A stretch of DNA of 64,000 nt from an uncultured Gemmatimonadales bacterium (GCA_963730185.1 CAVSQW010000006.1:64001-128000); one strand, 5' to 3'. Numbered from the stretch's first letter, positions 19,247-30,302 are shown. Notes: generated from the sequence alone by a model not told the origin. A program made the numbers and translations.

Positions 19247-20810
19247 ATGAGAACGCTAGCCCTGCTCCTCACAATGAACGGCTCGCTCACCCCGGCCGCC
19301 GCGGCGCAAGCTGGACCCGCGCACTCGAGCGAGCGCCGCCTGATAGAGGCGCTCGAGACCTAGACATTCCCGAGATCCTTAGGATCGATTGGGGACGCCG
19401 AGGGCCTCAATCTGGCCATCGCTCGGAGGGGTGAAGTGATCTGGCAGGCGGGCTTCGGCTTCGCCGACCTCGAGCGGCGGATCCCGATGACCGCCGCCAC
19501 GTTGACCCACTCCGGCTCGATGGGCAAGACCTACACGGCCGTCGCGACCATGCAGCTGGTCGAGCAGGGGGTGCTGGCGACTCGACGCGCCCGTGAACCG
19601 CTACCTCACCGGCTGGAAGATCGTCAATCCGCTGGGAGGCCGGGAGGTCACGGTCCGGGATCTCCTCACCCATCGGAGCGGGCTGGCCGAGAACGCCGCC
19701 TGGCCGGTGCTGAGCCTGCCCACACCGCTGGCCAAGCACGTCCGGGACGCCTACGGGCGGGACCGCAACGACTTCTACGGCGGAGCGGCGTCGCCCACCT
19801 GGACGGCCAAGGCGGGTGAGCGGTATCAGTACTCGAATCTCGGGATCGCCACGCTGGGGTACCTGGTCGAGATCACCAATCCGGAGAAGCTCTCCTTTCC
19901 GAGTACGTCCAGCGACACCTGATCGATCCGCTGGGGATGACCTCCACTCAGTTTCCACCGGTCCAGGATCTCGGCCCACGTCCGGCCCGACCTGTGGGCC
20001 CGGCTGTCGCGGGGGTACGCCGGGCTCGGGCCGGTGCGCATCCCCACCCCGGCGATCTACTTCGAGGATCATCCCGCGGGCACCGTGGTCACCACCCCGG
20101 GCGACCACATCCGGATCCTGCTCGCCCTGCTGGGCGACGGGCGCTATCACGGCTACCAGCTGCTCGAGCCGGAGACCGTCCGCGCGATGCTCACCCCGGA
20201 GGTGACGCTCGCGCCGGACGTCGCCGTGGGGCTGGTCTGGAATCTCCTCAACTGGGATCACCCCGATCGGAGCTTCGGGCACAGCGGGGCACACATGTGG
20301 GGGTGGACGAACACGTACGCGGCCTACCCGAACCTGGACCTCGCGGTGGCGGTCTTCATGAACCAGTGGTCGCTCCCCGACGACGGGCAAGGCGCCCGCT
20401 ACCGGGAGGCCAAGCTGGTGATCGACTTCGTTCGCTCCTGGATGATGCGGGAGCGGGCCGGCACCCTTCAGGCGGTTCGCGCGCGACCATGGGCCTGGAA
20501 GGTCTCTTACGTCCAGGGGCTGATGATGGTCGACTACGTCAACGGGATCCTTGGCATCTCGGAGCGCCTGTCGCCGGCCGCGATCGAGACCATGGTGCGG
20601 GGTGCGGCGCCGCGGGCGGACCGGGACGGCGCCGCGCGCTGGGACCCCGATGGATTCAGGACGGGGCTCGATGATCTGGCCCGGGAGGAGCTCACGCCCG
20701 CCGGCATCGCGACGTTTCTCGGCTCGGATCGGCTGCAGGTGCTGCCCGAAGAGCTGCCCCTCATCTATCTCGAGCTCGGCGGCCGGGGCACCTTCCCCGC
20801 CCCCAACTGA
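19247..20810 (+). CDS. Serine hydrolase (beta-lactamase family), several frameshifts as sequenced
   Basis: GFGFADLE, HSGSMGKT (SxxK), LLTHRSG, YQYSNLG (YxN), FGHSGA across ORFs 19436, 19593 and 20034; start approximate. Confidence 0.75.
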
Positions 20811-20828
20811 GGCTCGGCCGGAGGAACC

Positions 20829-21913
20829 ATGGATCGACGAGAACTGTTACAGGGCGCCCTGGCCACGGCGGCACTCTCCACCCGCCCGCGGGGGGCACTT
20901 GGAGCGGCGGTCCCCGCCGACCCCGCTCCTGACGGGCCGATCATCGTCGAGGGATTGTTCGCGGGCTCGATTCGCCTGTCGCATCTCCGCGGGATGCAGC
21001 AAGGCGGCGTGCACTGCGGTGTGGCCGGCGGTCCGGGCGACATGGAGGGGTTCGCCGGGTTGCTTCGGTTCCTGGATCAGTACCGTGACGAGGTCGTGCT
21101 GGCCAAGTCGGTGGCCGACATTCGCGCGGCCCGACGGGCCGGCAAGGTGTCCACCGTGTTTTGCAGGCAGTCGGCCGATGCCCTGGGCGACGGGTTCAAT
21201 TCGGCGTTGGGCACGTCCGCCACCTCGCTTCGGGCCTTCGCCGAGACCGGACTTCGGATCATCGGCCTCTGCTACAACACGGTCAATCCCTTCGGCGGCG
21301 GCTGTCTGGAGCCCACGGCGGGCCTGACCCGGGCCGGCCATCGTTTGGTGGACGAGATCCACTCGCTCCGGCTCGTCCTCGACGTCGGCGGCCATACGGG
21401 CGAGCAGACCTCGCTCGACGCGATTGCCCAGTCCCGCGGGGTTCCGGTGATCTGCACCCACACCAACATCGCCACGATCGCCGACAACGTCCGGTGCGTG
21501 AGCGACCGGGTGATCGACGCCATCGCGGCGACCGGCGGGGTCATCGGGCTCACCGCCGTCAACGACTTCCACGTTCGGGGCAAGGGCAACACGGGGCCGG
21601 TGCCCCACGTGGGCATCGATGCCCACATCGATCAGTACGACTACCTCCGGAAGCGGGTCGGGATCGATCACGTCGGGATGGGCACCGACTTCATCGACGG
21701 GTTACCGATCCCCTACGGCGGCGGCGTCAACCGGGACGTCATTCCGCCGGACATGGTGAGCGAGCCGTGGCGGTACGTCGACGGCTTCGAGAGCTCGGGC
21801 AGCTGCCCAACCTGCTCGCCGGCTTCCGGCGCCGAGGGTGGAGCGAGGACGAGATCGCCAAGGCCATGGGCGGGAACTGGCTCCGCGTCTACGAAAGAGT
21901 GTGGGGGGCCTGA
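20829..21913 (+). CDS. Membrane dipeptidase (peptidase M19) family protein with twin-arginine signal; frameshift near 21795
   Basis: MDRRELLQG; LCYNTVNPFGGGC, GLTRAG, CTHTN, GIDHVGMGTDF; C-terminus GWSEDEIAKAMGGNWLRV in the adjacent frame. Confidence 0.85.
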
Positions 21914-22017
21914 TCCGAGGGGTCGGCCCGCCCGCTCGAGGGGCCGGAGGCTGGGAAGACGGCAGCGCGCCCCCCGCCGGCTATCTTCCGAAGTCGTCTG
22001 ATCCCCCTCGATTCATC

Positions 22018-23805
22018 ATGCCGGAGTTGCTGCTCATGGTCCCGCTCGGCCGGGTGTGCCTCAGCCTCGCTCTCCTCGCAGCCTGCGCCCGCACGCCCGA
22101 GCCCGCGGGGTCGGCGGCGGCTCGTCTCGATCGCGTGCTCGCGGCGACGCAGGAGCTCTCGATCTCGACCAGCATCGCGCAGCAGCTCAAGTACGGCCGG
22201 CCGATCGACCGGCTCGCGGGCGTCTCGCTCGGCGATGAGGAGGCCCGGGCCCGAACCGCGGCGGCCCTGCTGGACTCGCTGGGCGCCGTCACCCGCGGCG
22301 GCCTCACCCCCGATCAGGAGATCAGTGCCGAGGTGGCGGAGTGGGTGCTCCAAGGCCAGGTCGAGGCGCCGAAATACTACTGGCTGTCGTTCGCGTCGAT
22401 CACGCCGTACCAGAGCCCGCTCACCAACGAGCTCCTCTTTCTCGGCCGTGACCTCCCGCTCGACACCCCGGCCGCGCGGACCCGCCTGCTGGCGCGCCTG
22501 GCCGACATCGGCCCCCTGACCGACAGCATCCGGGCCGGCCTCGAGGCCCGCGCCGGTCGGGGCATCCGGCTGCCCCGCCCCGAGATCGATCAGGTGGTCG
22601 GCGCGCTCGGCGCGATGCGGGCTGCTGGGACGGCGAGCCCCTACGCTCCGCCCGCCGCCCGGATTGCGGCGCTGCCCGACTCCGTGCGACCGGCGTTCGA
22701 GGCCGCGGTCGAGGCGGCGGTCGACCAGTCCATCACCCCCGCCCTCGGCCGGCTGACCGACTTCCTCCAGGGCGACTACCGGGCGGCCGCCCCGGACGGC
22801 GTCGGGTTGAGCCAGTACCCCGGCGGCGAGGCCTACTACCGCTACCTCGTCGCCCGGAATACCACGCTCGAGCGTTCGCCCGAAGAGATCCAGCGGACGG
22901 GGCTCGCGTACCTGGCCACGCTCGAGGGCCAGATGGACAGCCTGCTCCGGGTCATCGGGTTCCAGGGCACCCGCCGCCAGTTCCAGGACGCGATGAACCG
23001 GGATCCCCGGTTCCTGGCCCAAACGCCGGAGGAGGTCGGCGCCCGGTACCAGACGTACTACGACCTGATCGCCCCGCTCGTCCCCAAGCTCTTCTCGCGG
23101 ATCCCGAAGGCGCCGGCCGAGTTCCGCCGGCTGAACCCCGCGCTCGAGGGCGCCCAGACCTACGGCTTCTACCAGTCGCCAACCCCGGCCTCGCCAATCG
23201 GGGTCTACTTCTACAACGCGTCGAACCTGGCCCACCGGAGCCTCTTCCAGGTGGCGCCGATCGCCTACCACGAGCTGGTGCCGGGCCACCACTTCCAGGT
23301 GTCGCTGGCGCTCGAAAACGACAGCCTGCCTCGGCTCCGCCGCGACTTCTACACCACGGCGTTCGGCGAGGGATGGGCGGAGTATGCCTCCGAGCTTCCC
23401 CTCGAGCTCGGGCTCTACTCCGACCCGTATGACCGGTACGGCCGGCTGATCAGTGAGGCGTTCCTGACCACCCGGCTGATCGTCGACCCGGGCATGAACC
23501 TGTTGGGTTGGTCGCGCGATTCGGCCATGGCCTTCATGCGGATCCACACCATGATGGCCGAATCGGAGATCCGGTCGGAGACGCTCCGGTACTCGGTGGA
23601 CATGCCGGCCCAGGCGTTAGGTTACAAGCTTGGGGCGATGGAGCTCTGGCGGCTCCGGCACCGGGCCGAGCAGGCGCTGGGCGACCGCTTCGACGTTCGC
23701 GCCTTCCACGCGTTGATCCTGGATCACGGGAACCTGCCGATGAGCATCGTGGGACGGATGGTGGACCGGTGGATCGCGGCGTCCGGAGGCGCTCCCGCCT
23801 CGTGA
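22018..23805 (+). CDS. DUF885 family lipoprotein (metallopeptidase-like)
   Basis: LLAAC lipobox; PGGEAYY, YHELVPGHHFQ, FGEGWAEYA, RLIVDPG, RYSVDMPAQALGYKLG, FDVRAFH. Confidence 0.9.
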   Translation: MPELLLMVPLGRVCLSLALLAACARTPEPAGSAAARLDRVLAATQELSISTSIAQQLKYGRPIDRLAGVSLGDEEARARTAAALLDSLGAVTRGGLTPDQEISAEVAEWVLQGQVEAPKYYWLSFASITPYQSPLTNELLFLGRDLPLDTPAARTRLLARLADIGPLTDSIRAGLEARAGRGIRLPRPEIDQVVGALGAMRAAGTASPYAPPAARIAALPDSVRPAFEAAVEAAVDQSITPALGRLTDFLQGDYRAAAPDGVGLSQYPGGEAYYRYLVARNTTLERSPEEIQRTGLAYLATLEGQMDSLLRVIGFQGTRRQFQDAMNRDPRFLAQTPEEVGARYQTYYDLIAPLVPKLFSRIPKAPAEFRRLNPALEGAQTYGFYQSPTPASPIGVYFYNASNLAHRSLFQVAPIAYHELVPGHHFQVSLALENDSLPRLRRDFYTTAFGEGWAEYASELPLELGLYSDPYDRYGRLISEAFLTTRLIVDPGMNLLGWSRDSAMAFMRIHTMMAESEIRSETLRYSVDMPAQALGYKLGAMELWRLRHRAEQALGDRFDVRAFHALILDHGNLPMSIVGRMVDRWIAASGGAPAS

Positions 23806-25013
23806 GCCCGATTCGGCACGTCACCCACGGCCGTCCGCTCGACACCACCCTCGCGGGCGAGGCGTTGCCCGGGCCGTGGCGTTACTCCTCGCGGCTCGGC
23901 CTGGTCCTCTCCGGCGGTGGGGCCCGGGGCGCCTATCAGGTGGGCGTGGTGGCCGGGCTGGCCGAGCGGCTGCCCGGCCTGGAGTTCCCGATCCTGACCG
24001 GGGTGTCGGCCGGCGCGATCAACACCGCGTACCTCGCGGCACACCCCGGCCCGTTGCGCTCGGCCGTCGAGGGACTGGCCGGTGAGTGGCGGCGCCTGAC
24101 CAGCGACCAGGTGTTCAGCGTCCGCCCGGCCCGCATGACCCGGTCGGCGCTCCATTGGCTCTGGCAGGGAGTCACCCAGCAGAAACGGGGGCCCGCCACC
24201 GTCCGCGGCCTGGTCGACACGGCGCCGCTTCGCGCCTTCCTCGAGAACTGCCTGGACATGAAGGGAATCGACGCCAACGTCGCGATCGGGCGGCTTCGCG
24301 CGGTGGCACTCACCGCCGTGTCCTACGCCAGCGGGCAGGCGGTCACCTTCGTCCATGGTGATCGGGACGGCGTCCTCTGGACTCGGAGCCAGCGTTCGGC
24401 GGTCCGGACCCCGCTGACCCTCGACCACGTGATGGCCTCGGCGGCGGTGCCGATCGTCTTTCCAGCCATCAGGATGGGCGAGGAATTCTACGGCGACGGC
24501 GGGATCGGCGCCTTGGCTCCGCTGTCGCCGGCCATCCGTCTCGGCGCCCGCGGGATCGTGGCGGTGAGTACCGCGGCCGCGACCGCGGAGGCCCCGGCGG
24601 GCCTCCACAGCTACCCGACCGTGGCGGAGGTCGTCGGTCTCCTTTTCCGGGCCATCTTCGTCGACGCGCTGGAGACCGACGCGGAGCGCCTGGAACGGGT
24701 GAACCGGCTCCTGGCCGCGCTCCCCGAGGGAACGCCGGCGCCGGACGGGCTCAAACCGGTGGAGCTGCTGGTGATCAAGCCGTCGCGGAACCTGAGCCAG
24801 ATGGCGGGGGGACGGGAATCGTTGCTGCCGCCGGCGATGCGGCAGATCGTCCGGGCCTTCGGAGGCGCCCGGGTCAACGCCTCGGAGTTCCTGGCCTACT
24901 TGCTCTTCCACCCCGAGTACACCTCGCCCCTGGCCGAGATCGGGTACGAGGACGTGGGGGCGCAGTGGCCCGCGATCGAGCAGTTCTTCGAGCGGCTGGA
25001 GCGGCGGGGGTAG
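23802..25013 (+). CDS. Patatin-like phospholipase
   Basis: LSGGGARGAYQ, GVSAG, MASAAVP, YGDGG; GTG overlaps the DUF885 stop. Confidence 0.9.
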   Translation: MSPIRHVTHGRPLDTTLAGEALPGPWRYSSRLGLVLSGGGARGAYQVGVVAGLAERLPGLEFPILTGVSAGAINTAYLAAHPGPLRSAVEGLAGEWRRLTSDQVFSVRPARMTRSALHWLWQGVTQQKRGPATVRGLVDTAPLRAFLENCLDMKGIDANVAIGRLRAVALTAVSYASGQAVTFVHGDRDGVLWTRSQRSAVRTPLTLDHVMASAAVPIVFPAIRMGEEFYGDGGIGALAPLSPAIRLGARGIVAVSTAAATAEAPAGLHSYPTVAEVVGLLFRAIFVDALETDAERLERVNRLLAALPEGTPAPDGLKPVELLVIKPSRNLSQMAGGRESLLPPAMRQIVRAFGGARVNASEFLAYLLFHPEYTSPLAEIGYEDVGAQWPAIEQFFERLERRG

Positions 25014-25026
25014 CCGGTCGGTGCGC

Positions 25027-27444
25027 CTAACGAGCGTTCGGGCCGGGAGGCCGGGGATCGGCCTCGGCCAGGATCCGATCGAACCGGGGTGTCCCGGCCA
25101 GGCGGGTGAACTCAGGATTCCTGAGATAGAACCAAAGCTGCGCGCCCCGAGGGCGGGCCCGTTCGATGACGTCGAGCGCCTGGGAGTCGCGAGCCAGCGC
25201 GAGTAAGGCGGTCGACGCATAGAGCACGGCATTGGGCGACGGCCCGTCGGGATCGAGCGAAGCGAGAATCCGGTGAACCTGGACCGCCGCCGCCACCGTG
25301 TCTCCCTCCGCGACGAGGGTCCGCGCCAGCAACGAACGGGCCGGCACGGCGTAGCCGCTGTCGAGGGCGAGCGCCAGCTCGGCTTCACTCCGAGCTTGCC
25401 GACGATCGCCCGCTTCGAGCGCCATGATCCCGCGCATGACCCGGACGTAGGGGCTGGTCACGGTGCGGCTGGCCAGCACGGCGCTGTCGATGATCTGGCG
25501 GGCACGGCGCGGTTGACCGTTCTTCCGGTACACCGCCGCGAGCGACATCAGGGCCATCGGCCGGTCGGGATCGAGGTGGAACGCCCGCCGGTAGGCGGCC
25601 ATCGCGGCGCTGTCGCGGCCCAGCACCATCAGGGCCTGCCCGTACTGATACCATCCCTCGGCGGTCGTCGAATCGAGGGCGAGGGCCCGCTCGAACGCCG
25701 GCAGGGCATCCCGGAGGTGGTACGGATCCTCCTGGGTCAGGACGTAGCCGCGGGTGAGCCATCCGGCGGCCGAGGTGGAGTCGACCGCGAGGGCCCGGTT
25801 GGCAAATCCGAGCGCCCGGGCCCGCAGCTCGCCCGGCGCCAGTCCTTGGAAGGCCCACCCCCAGTCGGTGAACAGGGTGTAAGCGTAGCCAATCTTGGCC
25901 AGAGCGTCGGCATAACCCGGGTCGATCGCCAACGCCGAGTCGTATTCGCGGATCGCCCGTTCGACGGCGTCCGGGGTCCGGCGGGCGAGAAGGAAGTTAC
26001 CACGCAGGACCCGGTCGTAGGCCGCGACGTTGAGGGTGGGACGGCGGGCGAGGCGGGTCCGATCGCCGGCCCCGAGCGTCACGCCGAGGGCTTCGGCGAC
26101 CTGGCCGGCGATCCGGCCCTGCAGGGCGAAGACGTCCTCCAGCCCGGCATCGAAGCTGGCCGCCCAGAGCTGCTGGGCGTCGCGGGTCCGGATCAAGCGG
26201 GTGGTGATCCGGATTCGGGCCCTCTGTCCAGCGCCCGACGCCCATTGCACCAGGCCGGCCAGGAGATACGGGGCGCCCACCTCTCGGCCGATCGTGGTGG
26301 CGGGAACCGAGTCGTCCCGGTAGCGGGCCGTGGCCGTAGGGGCCATGACGTCGAGCTCCCGCACGGTCGACAGGCGGGTGGCGATCTCCTCGGTGAGGCC
26401 GTCGGCGAAGTACTGTTCGGCGGGGCTGCCGACGTTGCGAAAGGGCAGGACCGCCACCAGCCGCGGCTCGAGCGCCCTCGCCCGCCAGACGAGCGCGGCC
26501 CCGGCGGCGAGCGCGAGAACAAGAGCCAGTCCTGCCACGCGCCCCGCCCGGAGCCGGAAACGGCGGCGAGTCCAGATGACCCGACCGCGCGGGGCGTCAT
26601 CCCCCCCGTCGAGCGCGGCGAGAAAGTCGCTCGCGGTGGCCGGCCGATCGGCCGCCGACGTGGCCAGGGCTCGGGTCAGGGCTCGCGCCACCCCCGGCGG
26701 CACGGTGGGCCGGACCGTGGTGATGTCGGGAGCCGGTGCACTGAGGCGCTTGGCGATCACGGCCTGGGCGGTCGGACCGGTGTATGGCGGCTCGCCGGCG
26801 AGCATCTCGTACAGCACGGAAGCGAGCGAATAGAGATCGCTCCGCCCGTCGATCGCCGGCTCGCCGACCGACTGTTCCGGACTCATGTAGGCCGGCGTTC
26901 CGATGGCCATCCCGGTCGCCGTCAGTCGGCTGCCGCTCAGCGCCGTGACGGCGCGGGCGATCCCGAAATCCGCGACCACCGCGTGGCCGCCATCGAGCAG
27001 GATGTTTTCCGGCTTGACGTCGCGGTGCACCACCCCGGCCTGATGGGCGGCGCCCAGGGCCTGGGCGACCTCCCGGGCGATCCGGATCGCCTCGTCGACG
27101 GGGAGCCGCCTTTCCCGATCGAGGCGCTGCCGCAGTGACTCCCCGTCCACCCAGGGCATGACGTAATACGGCAAGCGGCCGTCGGCCGACTCCACCTGGC
27201 CGGTGTCGAAGAGCGGCAGGATATGGGGATGGCGGAGGTTCGCGGTCGTCTCGATCTCGCGAAGGAAGCGCTCCGCCCCGAGCGGGCCAGCCAACTCGGG
27301 CCGGAGCACCTTGATCGCCACCCGGCGCTTGAGCCGGCGATCCACGGCGCGGTAGACGATCGCCATTCCGCCCGAGCCCAGCTCGTGCTCGATCTGATAA
27401 CGGTCGCCGACACCGAGCCGCAGGCGATCGAGGAGGTCGCTCAT
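25027..27444 (-). CDS. Hanks-type Ser/Thr protein kinase with TM, TolB-like and TPR domains
   Basis: LGSGGMAIVY, VAIK, HRDVKPEN, DFG, GTPAYMSPE; VAVLPFRN...YFADGLTEEI; TPR repeats. Confidence 0.95.
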   Translation of the reverse strand: MSDLLDRLRLGVGDRYQIEHELGSGGMAIVYRAVDRRLKRRVAIKVLRPELAGPLGAERFLREIETTANLRHPHILPLFDTGQVESADGRLPYYVMPWVDGESLRQRLDRERRLPVDEAIRIAREVAQALGAAHQAGVVHRDVKPENILLDGGHAVVADFGIARAVTALSGSRLTATGMAIGTPAYMSPEQSVGEPAIDGRSDLYSLASVLYEMLAGEPPYTGPTAQAVIAKRLSAPAPDITTVRPTVPPGVARALTRALATSAADRPATASDFLAALDGGDDAPRGRVIWTRRRFRLRAGRVAGLALVLALAAGAALVWRARALEPRLVAVLPFRNVGSPAEQYFADGLTEEIATRLSTVRELDVMAPTATARYRDDSVPATTIGREVGAPYLLAGLVQWASGAGQRARIRITTRLIRTRDAQQLWAASFDAGLEDVFALQGRIAGQVAEALGVTLGAGDRTRLARRPTLNVAAYDRVLRGNFLLARRTPDAVERAIREYDSALAIDPGYADALAKIGYAYTLFTDWGWAFQGLAPGELRARALGFANRALAVDSTSAAGWLTRGYVLTQEDPYHLRDALPAFERALALDSTTAEGWYQYGQALMVLGRDSAAMAAYRRAFHLDPDRPMALMSLAAVYRKNGQPRRARQIIDSAVLASRTVTSPYVRVMRGIMALEAGDRRQARSEAELALALDSGYAVPARSLLARTLVAEGDTVAAAVQVHRILASLDPDGPSPNAVLYASTALLALARDSQALDVIERARPRGAQLWFYLRNPEFTRLAGTPRFDRILAEADPRPPGPNAR

Positions 27445-27531
27445 GACCTATGCTCGCGTCTCCGCGCCGCGGACACAAGTCGGACCGGGTGGGAGGTCCG
27501 CCATCGACCCCGGCCCCGCCGATCGGGGCCG

Positions 27532-27661
27532 CCGGGCCACCACATCCAGGCATCGCTCACGCGCTGGAATGGCAGCCCTCCTCCGCTCCCGCCCGACTTC
27601 GACACCACGGCGTTCGGCGAGGGATGGGCGGAGTACGCCACCGAGCTTGCCCTCGAGCTCG
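27532..27661 (+). repeat. 130-bp degenerate direct copy of DUF885 gene segment 23281-23410
   Basis: Ungapped alignment, 21 mismatches in 130 bp by hand count; reads PGHHIQ...TTAFGEGWAEYATEL. Confidence 0.9.
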
Positions 27662-27820
27662 ATCCGAAAACGCGGAAGGAGGCCAACCCCTCGAACGGAT
27701 CGGCCAGGGGGAAGGCCCGCAAGCCACGAGACCGGGTCAGGACTCCGACGAGGGCGTTGACTCGAGCCCGGGCCACGACAACAGTCACGACCGGGCTATC
27801 TTTCGGCTTCGTTCCCGTCA

Positions 27821-30277
27821 TTGCCGAACCCGGACCAGGCACGACCGCACTTGAGCTCCAGCCCCGCCCGTCCCCGGCACCGACACCTCGGCCTCGCGCT
27901 CGGGGTGGCGGTGATCTATTGGGGGCTGGGGACGCTGGGCTACCTCTTCGTCATCCGCCCCTCCGGCGTGGCCCTCTGGCCGGCCGGTGGGTTCCTCCTC
28001 GGAGCTCTCCTCCTCCTCGATCCCGCGTGGTGGCCGGCCGCCCTGATCGGCGGCGTGCTCGGCAACTTCGCCGTCGACCTGCAGCACGGCCTCTCGGTCC
28101 CCTTCGCGCTGACCGCCGACCTGGCCAACGCCCTCGAGCCCCTGGTCGCCGCCACGCTTCTCCGGTGGGCGCTGCCGCGGCCGATCTCGGTCGGTACGCT
28201 GAAGGAGGTCGGCTGGCTGGTGCTCGGCGCCGCCGTCTTCAGCAACGCGCTGACCGCGCTGGGCGGCGCCGCGGCACTGAGCTCCTGGGGCCGCCACGAC
28301 TTCTGGCACGCTTGGCTGGTCTGGTGGATCGGCGACGGGATGGGGATCCTGGTCGTGACGCCGGTGGTGCTCTCGATCGCCGCGCTGGTCCGGGACCGGG
28401 AACCGATCCCCGGCCGCACCGTGCTGGAAGGCGTCGTCGTGCTGGCCGCCGTGGGGGTGATCGCGGCCCTGGTCCTCCGGCGGGACCCCGGCTCGCCTCG
28501 GCCGTTAGGCGGCTACCCTTATCTCGCCTTTCCGGCCCTGCTCTGGGCCGCGGTCCGGTTCGGCCCGCCCGGCGCCGCCCTCTCGACCCTGGTGCTCGGG
28601 TGCGTCGGGGTCTGGAATGCGGCCCATCCCCGCGGAGCGATGGCGGCCACCGGCCGGAGCCCGATCAGCGAAGCGCTCGAGATCTACTCGTTCCTGGGGC
28701 TGGCCGCGGTGTCGTCGCTGATGCCGGCCTCGATCCTGAACCAGCGGCGGCTCGATCAGCGCGAGCTGGAGGAGAGCGAACGCCGTTTCCGCCAGATGGC
28801 CGAGAAGATCCAGGAAGTGTTCTTCGTGGTCGACCTCGAGACCGAGACCCCGCTCTACGTCAGCCCCATCTGGGCCGAGATCTGGGGCCGGCCGCTGGCC
28901 GAGCGTTTCGATCCGGCCATCTGGCTCGAGGCCGTGCATCCGGGAGACCGCGAGACCGTGACGGAGGCGCAGCAGCGGGTGGCCCGGGGCGAGACCGACG
29001 TCTCGGTCTTTCGGATCATCCGGCCCGCCGGCGAGTTGCGCTGGATCCGCCGGCGAGCCTTTCCGGTCGCCGATGAGGAGGGCCGGATCTACCGGATGGT
29101 GGGTGTCTCCGAGGACATCACCGAGCTCCGCCACACCGAGATCCAGCTGGCCCACTCGCAGAAGATGGAATCGGTGGGCCGGCTCGCCGGCGGCGTCGCC
29201 CACGACTTCAACAACCTGCTCACCGTCATCCTGGCCGAGACCGACCTGTTGCTGGACGGCGACGGGGTCGATCCGCCCACCGAGAACGCCCTGCGCGACA
29301 TTCGGGGCGCGGCCGAGCGGGCCACGGTCCTGACCCGACAGCTGTTGGCCTTCTCCCGACGCCAGGTGGTCGAGCCGGTGGTGTTCGACCTGAACGAGCT
29401 GGTGCGCGATGCCGCGGCGCTGCTCCGACGACTGATCGGCGAGGACGTGGATCTGATCCTCAGGCCGTCCCCCGACCCGGCCCGGGTCCGCGCCGATCGA
29501 GGGCAGATCGAGCAGGTGATCACCAACCTGGCGATCAACGCCCGCGACGCGATGCCCGACGGCGGAACGCTCACCCTGGAGATCGACCGGACCACCCTGG
29601 ACAGCTCCTCTACCGCCGGCCGCCCGGGGATCGAGCCGGGACCGTACGTGGTGCTCTCGGTGACCGACACGGGTTCGGGAATGGCGGAGGAGGTGCAGGC
29701 CCGAATCTTCGAGCCGTTCTTCACCACCAAGGAGGGCAGCAAGGGCACCGGGCTCGGGCTCTCCACCAGCTACGGGATCGCGACCCAAGCCGGTGGGCAG
29801 CTCACCGTCTACAGCGAGCCCGGCCTGGGGAGCACCTTCCGCCTCTACCTGCCCCAGGCCGACGGGTCGGCCCGGTCCTCCCGCGCGGCCCTGGCCGCGA
29901 CTCTGCCCACCGGGACCGAGACGATCCTCCTGGTCGAGGACGAAGCCGCGGTCCGCCGGGTGGCCGCCCGGATGCTCCGGGGCAACGGCTATCGGGTCCT
30001 GGAGGCCGAAGATGCCGAGACAGCCAAGGAGATCCTGGCCGGGACCGACGGCCCGATCCACCTGCTCCTGTCCGACGTGATGTTGCCCGGACAGGGAGGT
30101 CGCGAGCTGGCCGAGGAGGTCCGCGCCGTCCGGCCCGAGATCCGGGTCCTGTTCGCCTCGGGATACACCGACGACGCCGTATTACGGCATCAGCTCCTGG
30201 CGCGGGGAGCTGACCTCCTCCAAAAGCCCTACAGCCGGGAGACCCTCGTCCGCCGGGTGCGGGCCGCGCTCGACTGA
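27821..30277 (+). CDS. MASE1-PAS hybrid sensor histidine kinase with receiver domain
   Basis: ALWPAGG, WWIGDGMG (MASE1); PAS; GGVAHDFNNLL, NARDAM, FEPFFTTK, GTGLGL; LLLSDVMLP; start codon uncertain. Confidence 0.92.
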   Translation: MPNPDQARPHLSSSPARPRHRHLGLALGVAVIYWGLGTLGYLFVIRPSGVALWPAGGFLLGALLLLDPAWWPAALIGGVLGNFAVDLQHGLSVPFALTADLANALEPLVAATLLRWALPRPISVGTLKEVGWLVLGAAVFSNALTALGGAAALSSWGRHDFWHAWLVWWIGDGMGILVVTPVVLSIAALVRDREPIPGRTVLEGVVVLAAVGVIAALVLRRDPGSPRPLGGYPYLAFPALLWAAVRFGPPGAALSTLVLGCVGVWNAAHPRGAMAATGRSPISEALEIYSFLGLAAVSSLMPASILNQRRLDQRELEESERRFRQMAEKIQEVFFVVDLETETPLYVSPIWAEIWGRPLAERFDPAIWLEAVHPGDRETVTEAQQRVARGETDVSVFRIIRPAGELRWIRRRAFPVADEEGRIYRMVGVSEDITELRHTEIQLAHSQKMESVGRLAGGVAHDFNNLLTVILAETDLLLDGDGVDPPTENALRDIRGAAERATVLTRQLLAFSRRQVVEPVVFDLNELVRDAAALLRRLIGEDVDLILRPSPDPARVRADRGQIEQVITNLAINARDAMPDGGTLTLEIDRTTLDSSSTAGRPGIEPGPYVVLSVTDTGSGMAEEVQARIFEPFFTTKEGSKGTGLGLSTSYGIATQAGGQLTVYSEPGLGSTFRLYLPQADGSARSSRAALAATLPTGTETILLVEDEAAVRRVAARMLRGNGYRVLEAEDAETAKEILAGTDGPIHLLLSDVMLPGQGGRELAEEVRAVRPEIRVLFASGYTDDAVLRHQLLARGADLLQKPYSRETLVRRVRAALD

Positions 30278-30302
30278 GGCGGCCACCGCGATCCACCGAC
30301 GC

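Noticed and set aside
27532..27661. DGR template/variable repeat pair with 23281-23410
   Set aside because: Mismatches involve all four bases rather than adenines, the target is mid-gene, and no reverse transcriptase is in the window
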